Positions 12,540 to 23,232 of a stretch of DNA of 64,000 nucleotides are shown piece by piece; positions within the stretch are counted from its first letter, which is position 1, and each line of letters starts with the position of its first letter. The stretch lies in the NCBI RefSeq assembly GCF_006345805.1, contig NC_043008.1, forward strand, positions 13,764,001-13,828,000, written 5' to 3'. The notes under the pieces were generated by a model. The model made no database searches and was not told the DNA's origin. It was given only the letters and a program-made list of their open reading frames with translations. A program made the position numbers and the translations under genes. This stretch comes from Octopus sinensis (Eukaryota).

Positions 12540-14596
12540 CTAAGCTTTGTAGTATTTGAAAGTATTAATAAGTATGTGTATACAGGATGGTTTGAACTCT
12601 GACCTTTTGTTAATAAGATTGTGTTTGTCTTTGAATTTCAAGATGTTCAGGAGTTCTACACAACATAGTTGGCATCCTGCTCTATTATTTAAATAAGGTG
12701 CAGCTGATCCGATGATGGACCATCTGAGTTTGAAGCCTATACATTTGTCTTTTAATTCCCAAATTTTTTTAGAAAGGGAGGTGCTGTTAGCCTTATGTCT
12801 GTGTCTCAGCGAGGACCGGTGGTTGTAGTATCTGGATTTCCAGGAGGTTGAGCAACCAATATAGGTGAGTGTGTTAAACTGAGTACTCACCTCACATGAA
12901 TATATTACGTTTTTCGCCCTACATGCGCCCTGCAGCGGGCACTCTGATGCACATCTGCAGTTGTATTGCATTGCATTATTCGGTCGTGTGCTGCTAATCC
13001 CAGGCGGAGGTGTTGCAATACGAGTGGGGGCGTTGATATCCACCTGGTTGTTGATGGGTGTAGTATTTCCTCTGTTGTGTTGGCGGGTGTTATTACTAAC
13101 TGTTTGGGTAGTATGGCTGCCAGTCTGGTTATATTGTCTACTGTCTAGATGAGGGGGGTTCTGTTGGTCGCTATGGTTTGCTCTTGATCTAGCTGTTCTA
13201 ATATTAATATAGTTATGTTTAGCTATGAGGCAGCTCATGTTGGGCAGGGTAGGTAGAGAAATCCTAATGGTTTTGTTGGAGAAGATACTTCTATACTTGT
13301 GTGGGTGGGTGGGAAGTTGTTGGAAATGATAGAGAATATTCTCTTACATAACTTACCCCTAACTGCTAAGTTGTAAGGTAAGTTGAACCATATATATTTG
13401 CGTAATCTATTATCCCTTCTATTTCTCCTAATAGGATATATATTGCTCTCGTCGGGAGGGTTACTATTGTGTGCTATTCTATTAGTTCGCCTATTTCCTA
13501 TACGTTGTTTGGAGTTTAAATTAGAATTATCGCTAGTGTGAGTTGAGTGCTGAGTTCGATTATAATTGGTAGTTTTATGGCAGACGGACGCTCCCGGGTG
13601 GTCTACATATGATATTCTCTGGTTATACCCGGCACTATAGAGAGCCTGGTTGTAGTGTTGTGCGTGATTATTGAAAATTTCTCTATTAGAGGATAGTTTT
13701 GTCAGTCTGTCTGAGATGGCTTGGACCGTGGTGCTAATTATACAGGGTGGATGGTTGGAAGAGGTATGGATGTATTTGGTAGTTTCTTCGGGTTTCCTAT
13801 ACGGGTGGTGAAGGTGCTTATTCAAGTCTAACGTAACATCTAAGAAGTTTACTATTTTAGTATTGGTCTGATCTTTTTCCTAATTCTTTCTAGTTTACTC
13901 CTATTGTTGGTGGGGTATATGAAGAGAGCGTCGTCTCTGTATAGACCCCCCTGAAGATCCGGTACCTCGGAGAAAAGCTTCTTGAGCAGGTAGGCCCCGA
14001 CCAAGTCAGTCACCTGAGCTGAATCGCTCGAGCCCATAGCCACATCAAAATTGTCGGGGGTATCGGATCTGGTCCAGAGTCTACCGTCGAATTCTATTAT
14101 GGTTTTTCTAGCTAATAGTATTATGTCAATTTTTTCTCTGTCTATGAGTGAAAGGTTGCGGGCAAATATAAGGGATTTGTTAAGTAAGATGGGGGATATA
14201 CTGGCGTAGTAGCTAGCTATGTCGAATTGGATGAATGAGTAGTCGGGCCTGTTGGTGATAGTGTTAAACCATTCTAGCACATTGTCGGTGTTAATCCATA
14301 GTTGGAGTGGGATGTGGGGTTTGATGTGTGGGATCACCTTGTCCAGGATAGTCTTGCTAAGTCTGCCGATATCCGATTTAGTCGGACAGATTAATCGTAC
14401 TCCTACATTATCTGGGAAATCTTTCTTATGGTCTTTAATAGTAATTTTGGGTACTTGTGGTTTAATAGGTTCTGTTCTGTCTAGGAGGTCTAATTTGCTC
14501 ATAACTTCCTTGATTTTGTAGTTAATTTCCTTAAGGTTATCCGTAGAAGTAGTTTTATATTTCTTGCTAAGTTCCCTCATGATGAGCGATTATATG
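12540..14596 (-). pseudogene. PLE RT / GIY-YIG polyprotein, 5'-truncated and frameshifted
   Basis: RT motifs KITIKDHK, RLICPTKSDIG, IQFDIASYY, VAMGSSDSAQVTDLVG, GGLYRDD, then VNFLDVTLDL and YIHTSSNHPP. The EN reads CRCASECPLQGAC-KNVIYSC-TYIG-SWKSRYYNH-CQLC-NKRSE-CIH. Lesions: a 1-bp loss near 14585, a deletion plus frameshift near 13870 and a 2-bp insertion near 13297. Confidence 0.93.
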
Positions 14597-15678
14597 TGCA
14601 CGCACATACGTACACACAGCCGTGTGTGCGTGCACGCATAGACGTGATTCCTTACATACGCTCTTATATACATCCTTTAATATCTTATATCTAGACCTGG
14701 AAGCGTGGGCATATGCGTGTGTGTATGTAGGGATGGGCGCGCGTATGTACATGTGAGTGTGTACACGTATAGTGTCCGTGTATACATGCGGATATTCTGT
14801 TGTATGTATGTATGTGTACGCACGTGCGTGTGGGTGTGTGTGTGTTTATATGCATGTTTACACGCGAGTGCGTGTGGATGCTTATAGGCTTGGAGGCGTA
14901 TACGTACGCGTGTATATGGGTGTATGTATCCATGTTGGTATGTATGTACTAGAAGTCCAAATAATTCAAGGAACCAGATTAAACGCTCAACAGCTCTGAT
15001 TTACAACGCATTAGGTCCCCAGACGAAACTGTTGATTTACTGACAATTCTACAACTAAATTTTATCAATCTCCTGACCACCATGCTTGGTCCTTAACCTC
15101 TATACATCCCTTATCTTTATATTTTTTATATTTTGTTACATTTTTATCATGTTTTTTACTTTTATTTTTATTTCTATTTCTATTTTTACTTTATAACCTT
15201 ATGCCTTTACATTTATTTACATTTCTTTATATTTCTCTATATTCTTTATACCCCCTTTACATCTCCTTATATCTCTTTATATCTTTATGCTCTACATTTT
15301 TATAGTTTTCTATACTTACACTTTTTATACATTTTTTATCCATCGTCCTGAATTCTCGCCCCTCCATCTTCACGTATATACATGTATTTATTTATTTACA
15401 TTACTTCAACATCCATTTTCCCTCATCCTACATTGAGAGAAGAAAGAGATGGACGCTTCAATTCTATGCTGCTGCCGCATTATGTCGTGCGCGAATGGGA
15501 GGATTTGCATCCCCAACCAAGAATTTTTGATGTAACACATGTCCTTGTGGAAGCTGTTGTGCGCGGCTGAAGAAGGCCACAGACATACATTATGCATTGC
15601 TATAAATCTGTCTAATAAAGGCCCGAAACATATGTACCGCTGAGTCCTTCGCATCATGTTTTTATTTTGATCAATTTA
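14597..15678. repeat. Right arm of the ~1.08 kb inverted repeat (inverted PLE 3' tail)
   Basis: See the left arm. It joins the truncated RT at 14596/14597 with a short ATATA microhomology. Confidence 0.97.
15563..15640 (+). ncRNA. Minimal type I hammerhead ribozyme (PLE pLTR type)
   Basis: Stem I GCGG(15563-66)/CCGC(15637-40); core CTGAAGA (15567-73); stem II GGCC/GGCC extended by ACAGA/TCTGT; GAAA (15625-28); palindromic stem III ACATATGT; predicted GUA cleavage after 15636. Confidence 0.85.
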
Positions 15679-15746
15679 CTCCACCACCTACACCACCAAA
15701 CGGTATACACAGGTGCTTATGATTATGAAGTACTCACCCCGAATTT

Positions 15747-15794
<48 letters not shown>

Positions 15795-15844
15795 TATATA
15801 CACACATATACATATTTATATGTATGTATGTATATATATTATAT

Positions 15845-15878
<34 letters not shown>

Positions 15879-16175
15879 ATTATGAACGATCAATTCCAGT
15901 ACCACAGGAATGAGACATTCATATTTAAAATGTTAAATTGAATTACTTTCAATAATTAATTCTTATATATCAAAACAGTGTTAGAGATAGAAACACCCAC
16001 AACTTCATCAACTCCAAACGATATTATATTAACCAAGCTATAGAATATTAAATATTATACTTATTATTTACATTCATAATCCCAAACTTTTTCCATATTA
16101 CCGACTACAAATGTTTCATGTGTACGTATGGTATTGTTAAGACACAATGTCTCATTCAAAAATTCATATATATAT

Positions 16176-16576
16176 GGAGTGGTTGTGTGGTAAGTAGCTT
16201 GCTAACCAACCTCATGGTTCCGGGTTCAGTCCCACTGCGTGGCACCTTGGGCAGGTGTCTTCTGCTATAGCCCCGGGCCGACCAATGCCTTGTGAGTGGA
16301 TTTGGTAGACGGAAACTGAAAGAAGCCTGTCGTATATATATATATATATATGTATTATGTATGTGTGTGTTTGTGTGTCTTGTTTTTTCCCCTAGCATTG
16401 CTTGACAACCGATGCTGGTGTGTTTACGTCCCTCCACTTAGCGGTTCGGCAAAAAGAGACCGATAGAAAAGTACTGGGCTTACAAAGAATAAGTCCCGGG
16501 GTCGATTTGTTCGACTAAAGGCGGTGCTCCAGCATGGTCGCAGTCAAATGACTGAAACAAGTAAAAGAGCAAAGAG
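16176..16576 (+). mobile_element. tRNA-derived SINE-B with an internal TA/TG microsatellite
   Basis: A-box TGGTTGTGTGGTAAG, B-box GGTTCAGTCC, a CCTTGGGCA(A/G)G motif and the tail GGCGGTGCTCCAGCATGG..CAGTCAAATGACTGAAACAAGTAAAAGAG. Near-identical to 32843-33251. Confidence 0.92.
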
Positions 16577-16602
16577 TATATATATATATATATATACTCT
16601 TA

Positions 16603-16639
<37 letters not shown>

Positions 16640-16647
<8 letters not shown>

Positions 16648-16803
16648 CTTTTCTACTCCAGGTTCCAGGCCCGAAATTAGATCGACACTAGTAGGCAAGT
16701 GGTACTTAATTTCCAGACCCTGAAAGGATAAAAAGCACAGTCGACCTTGGCGGAATTTGAACTCAGAACGAAAAGACAGATTAAATATCGCTAAGACATC
16801 TTG
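16640..16803 (-). mobile_element. SINE-A, partial and degenerate
   Basis: Reverse complement of the TTCTGAGTTCAAATTCCGCC-AGGTCGAC...CCTTTCAGGG core. Confidence 0.8.
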
Positions 16804-16914
16804 CTTCTTATACAAGATGTGTTGCCTCCGAAATCAACTGAATATGTGAGCGAATAATAGCTAATATATTCGCATGAAACCGTTGATCAAGTCCTAAAGG
16901 TACTTCAATACACA

Positions 16915-16916
<2 letters not shown>

Positions 16917-17007
<91 letters not shown>

Positions 17008-17364
17008 TATGTGTGTGTCTGTGTGTGTATATGTGCGTATACATATATATGTTACATACATATATGTGTAAGTACATGTAGAAATGAGTGTGTATGTATA
17101 TCAATGCTTCTTTATGGAAATGTGCTGTATAAATCTACATATGAATAGTGAAGGATGTATATAGACATCATCCACAAGGAGAAAAGAGCAAAAAGGAAAT
17201 CAGTCCATATTTACCATTCATTTACAATAACAATATTTAAATATTGTAAATTTTATCTCAGTTATTTAATTATTGTTATACTACTTCATATCCACTTATT
17301 CTTCATTGAATTTCATTTTGATTTTAAAAGTATTATTGTTTTTTATCGTTGTTGTGCATAATCA

Positions 17365-17433
<69 letters not shown>
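16917..17433. repeat. (TA)n(TG)n tract at 16917-17100 and (TTA)n at 17362-17433
   Basis: Direct inspection. Confidence 0.9.
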
Positions 17434-18072
17434 CGTTGTACATAGTGTTATCCCTTTTTTTTCTCATCGTAAAACGCCTTACAACTTCGTTTATTTTCTT
17501 AGTACAGCTGTCATTTTAAATAAATTCCAGATCGATATTGGAATCGCAGCATGACTACTATGATAAATAATATGAAAAAACAAAATTGAATACATTAAAC
17601 AAAAGAAAGACGACTTCAAGATCGAACTGCAATAGAAATAAATAGATTTGTAATTCAACTCGGCTACAGATCGAACGGAAAGAAAAATAAATTGTATATA
17701 ATAGGTCACATGGAGTAACTTTAGCAGAGCTACATATTGAAGATGTCCTATATTGAACCATTTCTCCATAGATAAAAACGTTACTACATATGGAGTTTGA
17801 AGCATATTTGCTTAAATACAAGTTGAATTAATTATACGCATTTGTATATAAATATTTATATATGTATAACAGTCTGTATTGATATGTATGTGTGTATATT
17901 GACAGGTAAACGGAAAGAGAAAGAGAAAATGACAGATAGATAGATAGATAGATACATAGAATTTACCTATGCGCGTGTCATACACATACATATACATATA
18001 TATATGCACTCATGCATGTATGCATATGTAAGTGCATGTATGGGTGGGTAAATATATATATATATATATATA

Positions 18073-21000
18073 TACTTTGATTACTTTGATAGGTTTCGGC
18101 CATTATTGGCCCAGGCCATGTCTAACTTAATAGCACCACCTGGTGAAGTCTTTCAAGTCAGAATTTGGGCACTATGGCCCACTCAAGTAGAGAGTTATTG
18201 TTTACAGAGAAATATCCGGGTGTAGGGGGTTTATCCGGGATTTCTTGAAGGAATCTGTCCAAAGACTTCTTGAACCCTATAGGGTCAGTTTCTGTTTTAA
18301 TGTGTTTTGGTGTAATGTTAAAGAGAGCGGGGCCAATTGAGGTGAATAATTGTGCCGTATTGTTGTTATGAGATGAGAGTGCGATTTTTGTTTTGGGCGG
18401 ATGGCACGGGGCCCAAGCCTTGGATGTACCTTAAAGGTGATGCCAACATCATTTGGGCAATGCTGATGGAATATTTTCCACATCATGCAGATGATGTAGC
18501 GCTCACGACGACGTTGGAGAGAATAGAGTATTAGCTTTTCTAGTCGACCCCAATAGTCGAGGCCTGTCATGCCATCTATCTTTTTTGTGATTGCCCTTTG
18601 AGGTGCTTCGACTTTTTTGATACCTTGTATTGTGTGGGGAGACCACAGTGGACAACAGTATTCAAGGTGGGGTCGGGCAAAAGTGGAGAAGAGAAGGATA
18701 ATGGTGTGGATATCTCTCGACTGGAAAGTTCTGAGAATCCAGGAACACATTCTGCGGGCCATGTCAACTTTGGTGTTTATATGAGTGGCCCAGCTTACGT
18801 TGTTGTCCACAATTACTCCCAAGTCTCTGATGTTGTTGGACGCCGCGAGAGTTTCACCTGAAGGAAGGGAGTATGGGAGTTTCAGGGCATCCTCTTTTCC
18901 AAAGTGGATTAGCTCAAATTTATCCTCGTTCAGCAGCATATTTTTTTTTCTGCCCATTGGATAACAGCCAGTAGATCTGACTGAAGCATGTCCGGTCACT
19001 CGCCTCATTTATGACCTTCTGTAGCTTGGAGTCATCTGCAAAGATTTTTATGTTGCTGTGCTTGATGATGTCATTAATGTCATTAATGTAAATGATGAAA
19101 AGAAGTGGGCCCAGCACAGTGCCTTGCGGAACGCCACTACTGACTTTGCTGGGCTTGATTTTACCCCTTCAACTACAACATGTTGAGATCTGTCTGTCAG
19201 GAAACACTTAATCCATTTCAGTAACTTTCCAGAGACACCAATGTTGGATAGTTTTTCAATAGGATCTTGTGATCGACCCTGTCGAAGGCCTTACTGAAAT
19301 CAAGGTAGATGACATCGGTGTTGGAGCCCTCTCCAAAGCTCTCAAAATGTCCTCAAAGTGATGCAGGAGCTGCGTTAGGCAGTCCCTTCCATTACGGAAC
19401 CCATGTTGGTTGGAGATCAGCCGTCTGTTGCTTTCCAGAAATTGGGTTATTTGAGATCTCACCACCCTCTCAAATACCTTGATGATATGAGAGGTGAGTG
19501 AGATCGGACGGTAATTCACTGCAAGGGACTTGTTTCCCTTTTTGAAAACTGGGACAACAGACTGGGACAGAAGGTTTTTTGGAATATAGCCAGCATCCAG
19601 TGAGTTTCTCCACAGATTAGCAAGGGGAGATGCAAGTTGGTGTCGACACACCTTCAGGACACAAGCAGGGAACCTATCGGGGCCTACTGCTGAATTGTGT
19701 TTTATTTCGTTTATCGCCGCTAAGACATCAGGGGCACTAAACGTTATGTCCGATATAGTGTGTTGGGGGTTGACATCACTGATACAGCCCAGATCGGCCA
19801 TATCAGGATTGCTGAAAACAGAGCAGTATTGTTTCTGCAGTATCTCGGCCATGGATTTGGCATTATCTTGGAGAGTGCCAGTTTCGTCAATTAGAGGGCC
19901 TACAGTGGAGACAGTGACCCTGCGTTTCCTCGCAAATGAAAAGAACACTTTGGGGTTGAGTTTGATTTTTTCAATGGCCCACTTCTCCTCAGCTGATCTT
20001 TGGTTATTGATGAGGGACTTCATGCATTGTTGGAGGTTATATTTTTTGGATTCAAGCAGTGCGATAGCCGTCGAATGTGTGTGTTGCTGTTGGCAGTACT
20101 TTAGTTTGTTAATTTTTTTGTTTGTTCTTTTTATTTTTCTGATAATGGTTTTTCTGTTTTGGGGGATTCTGCACTTTTTGTTCACAGGTCTTGGTGGGGA
20201 GTGTTTTGCACATATGTCTGTGACGGTGTCTACAAAGATCTGCCAAGATGTTTTATGGTTGGTGGAGATGTGTGTATGTGTAAAGGACCAGTCAACATTT
20301 GATAGCTCGTTCCTGATTGCATCCCAGTTGGCTTTATGGAGATCCATGTTGTCAAATGGGTGGGCTGGAGGAAGGTCACTAGGATTAGCTTTCGGCTGGT
20401 GGAATTTCATGTTACAGAGAACCATGTCATGGTCTGAAAGAAGGGTTTTTTCCACTGTAACGTTATGTATATGTTAGTGTGGTTACTAAACACTAGGTCC
20501 AAAATGTTCTGATGTCTTGTTGGTGCAAGGACAAGTTGGGACAAGAAAAACTCATTCGTAAGTCGAAAAGTGACTCTGCTGCTTCTTTGTCAGCGGTTGA
20601 GGCGGGAGTGCTTGGTTTCAAACAGTTTGTAGTCCAGTCAACACAGGTAGATTGAAGTCTCCCATCATGAGTATGTTGCTAGAATGGCACTGTTGAATAA
20701 AGCACTTAATGCTGTTGAGGCATTCTTTAAAGCACAGTATGGGTGTTTGGGGCGGCCTATAGAGCCCAATTACTGTCAGATCATTGGCTTTGTTGTGCAC
20801 GGTGACTGATTCACAGTAGCCGTTGGAGAATATACTATTTCCATCTGCCGTAAATGAATCATGCAGGAAAATGGCAGTTCCACCCTTCCTCCTGCCGATA
20901 CGATCCGCGCGGATGGTTCTGAAATTCTTCACTCTCACTTCGGCTTCCAAGTGGGAGTTGTCAAGGTGGGTCTCAGTGAGAATGAAGAAAGGGATGTGGT

Positions 21001-22140
21001 GTGAATGGTTACCAACCCAGTCTTCAATGAATTGGACCTTCCATTTTTGTGCATTGATGGAAGGGCTGACACCTTGTGCATTGAGTAGGAATGTGGAGGT
21101 TAGTGTAGTGGCTGGTTTGACTGTTGCAGGGGGCTTGGATTTTTTGTGTGTGTTAGTGGCAGCAATGTGGGGAATTGTGCACTGGGGTAATAGCATAGGA
21201 TGGTGTTGAGTGATGGCTAGAATGTTTTTGTGTATCTCTTTTGCCATGTTCAACATGGCTAAAAAAGAATTTTCCTGCTTAGGGAGCAGTTTTTGGCTGG
21301 AGGTGTGGTTGCATGCACTGTTGATAGGGTTTGTAGTTTCCACTTTTGTTGTTGTTGTTTTTGTGTCTTCCTGAAAAGACTGGACCAGCATTACTGCAGC
21401 ATGGTGTGTTTTTCTATTTTTATTGTTATTCAGGTTTGTGTGTTGGCTTGAGGCCCCGTTTCTGTTGTGCGTCGGGTCCCTGGAAGATGAGTGAAGGGAC
21501 AGTCACTCAGTAGACATGTTCTCTCACGTTGGGAATACCGGCAGATTTTGGGACTCCGAGTTGTGTGGTTTTGAATTTCGATTTACTATTTGGTGGGTGT
21601 TGATGTTATTGTGGGATGCGTGCTTTGGCCTTGGCCAGTAGTGCGTCTAGTGCCGGGTAGATGCGTGAAGATGCAGTCACTATTTGTGCAGAGTCTCTCT
21701 GGCGCAGTGAATAGCGGCATATTTGGGGATTTCTTCTGTTTGTGCGTGGGGGCGCATTCTGCTGCTTCCTATGTTTCTTTAAGTTTTTGTTACTGCAGTA
21801 GTATTGAGGTGTTGATGTGGGGGAAGAGGGCAGTGGTTTCTTATTTAGTTTTCTGTTGGTATTTTTGGTGATAGAAGACGATGGTGGCAGCGGTGGTGAT
21901 GATGATGATGATAATTGTGGTGGTTTGCTGTAGAGAGCGGTGAAAAGATACTGGCATTTAGTGAATCGTCTAGTAAGCTAGAGTTGAGGAGTGGCTGTTG
22001 TTGTTCTTGTTGCTGTGGCTGTTGTTGTTGTTGTTGTGCCTGACCGATGTCAGGGTCACCATTGTGTTGGGAACCAGGAGTGGCTCATTTTCTGTTGTTT
22101 GTTGTTGTGTGCTGCTGATTTTCTAGCTGTTGTTGTTCTT
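18073..22140 (-). mobile_element. CR1-group LINE, near full length (~4.07 kb), frameshifted
   Basis: APE domain (LLNAQG, LTETHL, RRKGGTAI, GLYRPP, MGDFNLP, SDHD) and RT ([58 protein letters not shown]). The ORF1 region has CCCH fingers and Q/H-rich tracts. The 3' tail is (ATCAAAGTA)2, and (TA)n lies on both flanks. Confidence 0.92.
18277..21391 (-). pseudogene. CR1 ORF1 C-terminus, APE endonuclease and RT, broken into ORFs 20618-21391, 19256-20455, 18920-19117 and 18277-19008
   Basis: Motifs are collinear across successive frames and linked by short frameshifts. Confidence 0.9.
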
Positions 22141-22184
22141 GAATATATATATGTATATATATGTATATGTAATATATATGTTAT

Positions 22185-22264
<80 letters not shown>

Positions 22265-22265
<1 letters not shown>

Positions 22266-22417
22266 CTACCGGAATAAAAACATAAATGTGAACAAGGTGG
22301 AAAAAAGAGTACTCAAATACCAGTACATATCGGTTCCATTCTAGCAAAAAATGTCCGATGAACGGCAACGGAAAACTCAGAGTAACATATTTTGTTGAAT
22401 TTTCTGCTGCTTTAAAT
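22265..22417 (+). mobile_element. Short PLE-tail or retrozyme-like cassette between two (TA)n tracts
   Basis: About 150 bp of unique sequence containing a hammerhead fold, bounded on both sides by TA microsatellite. Confidence 0.6.
22345..22394 (+). ncRNA. Type I hammerhead-like motif with a variant CCGAUGA core
   Basis: Stem I CAAAA-A-ATGT/ACAT-A-TTTTG; CCGATGA; extra A; CG-GCAA-CG stem II; GAAA plus an extra A; ACTC-A-GAGT stem III; predicted GUA site after 22384. Confidence 0.65.
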
Positions 22418-23148
22418 AAAGTATATATAATATATATATCTATATATATAACTATATATATATATATATATATATATAGTGTGTGTGTTGTGTGTGTGTG
22501 TGTGTGTGTGTGCATGCTTGTGTGCCTATCAGGTGCACTTGTTGCTAGTGTATATAACAGGGTTTTTCACTTTATATTGCCAAAACTGAGGCCAAGCCTG
22601 TGCAAAACTCAAGGAAACGTTTTCTATATGAGCTTCATATACCAATCTCATGATGCTATTACCACAGGCGTTCCGACTCACACCGGCTGCTGCACATCCT
22701 GAGCCGCAGCAGCTGTTTCTTGGATTGGGATTTCCTAAATTATCCTTGGGATCTGGTCATGCGTTTCGTACTTTCGGATATTGTGCCATCTATAGGGTGG
22801 AATTTAGACAGAGATACGGTTTGTATGTTTGTATGGAATTGTTATGAGAAGCCTCGCACAGTTCTTGTATTGTTTACTCGCCTCATTTCTAGCAGTGGGT
22901 TTTCCACAGCTAAGCCAAGACCACTGCAAGCCCTTCCATGCTACAGAACTGTATATTCGTATTTTTTTCACTGCTCCTCTGAAATTAATCCAATAGCAGG
23001 GATATGTACATAGTAGACTTCTAAACTGATGGCTGGCTTCACATTTTTCTTCTCGCTATATCTTGCAAGGCATTGTGATTTTACCAGTGTTTAAGCTATG
23101 CCAAGAAAATATATTTTGCCATCTACAATTCTGACAGAATATGATGCA

Positions 23149-23232
23149 GTGCTGCAGGATATGAGAGACTGCAATATAGTCAGTATTTGCTCGAGGAAAA
23201 GTAATAAGAGCGAACGAAGCAACTATAGTAGG
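23149..23232 (+). mobile_element. Possible decayed RTE-clade RT fragment
   Basis: VLQDMRDCNIVSICSRKSNKSERSNY resembles the RTE motif VPQDMRDANIVTLYKNKGDRSDCNNY. The match is short and degenerate. Confidence 0.35.

Larger units (their letters stand above)
10577..15746 (-). mobile_element. Penelope-like element, 5'-truncated, with an inverted duplicate of its 3' tail, inserted in (TA)n
   Basis: RT and GIY-YIG coding region at 12540-14596 (-), 3' UTR at 12539-10577, and an inverted copy of the terminal ~1.08 kb at 14597-15678 plus a 68-bp extension. (TA)n lies on both flanks, and each arm has a hammerhead motif. Confidence 0.93.

Noticed and set aside
14987-15035. Second hammerhead in the PLE tail (TCAACAG...CTGA...GAAA-CTGTTGA)
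   Set aside because: The core reads CUGAUUU rather than CUGANGA, and there is no NUH site, no stem I and no stem II.
19695-20477. 260-aa plus-strand ORF (also 20823-21209, 12961-13152, 14252-14521, 52420-52851)
   Set aside because: These are antisense or alternative-frame shadows of LINE and PLE coding sequence.
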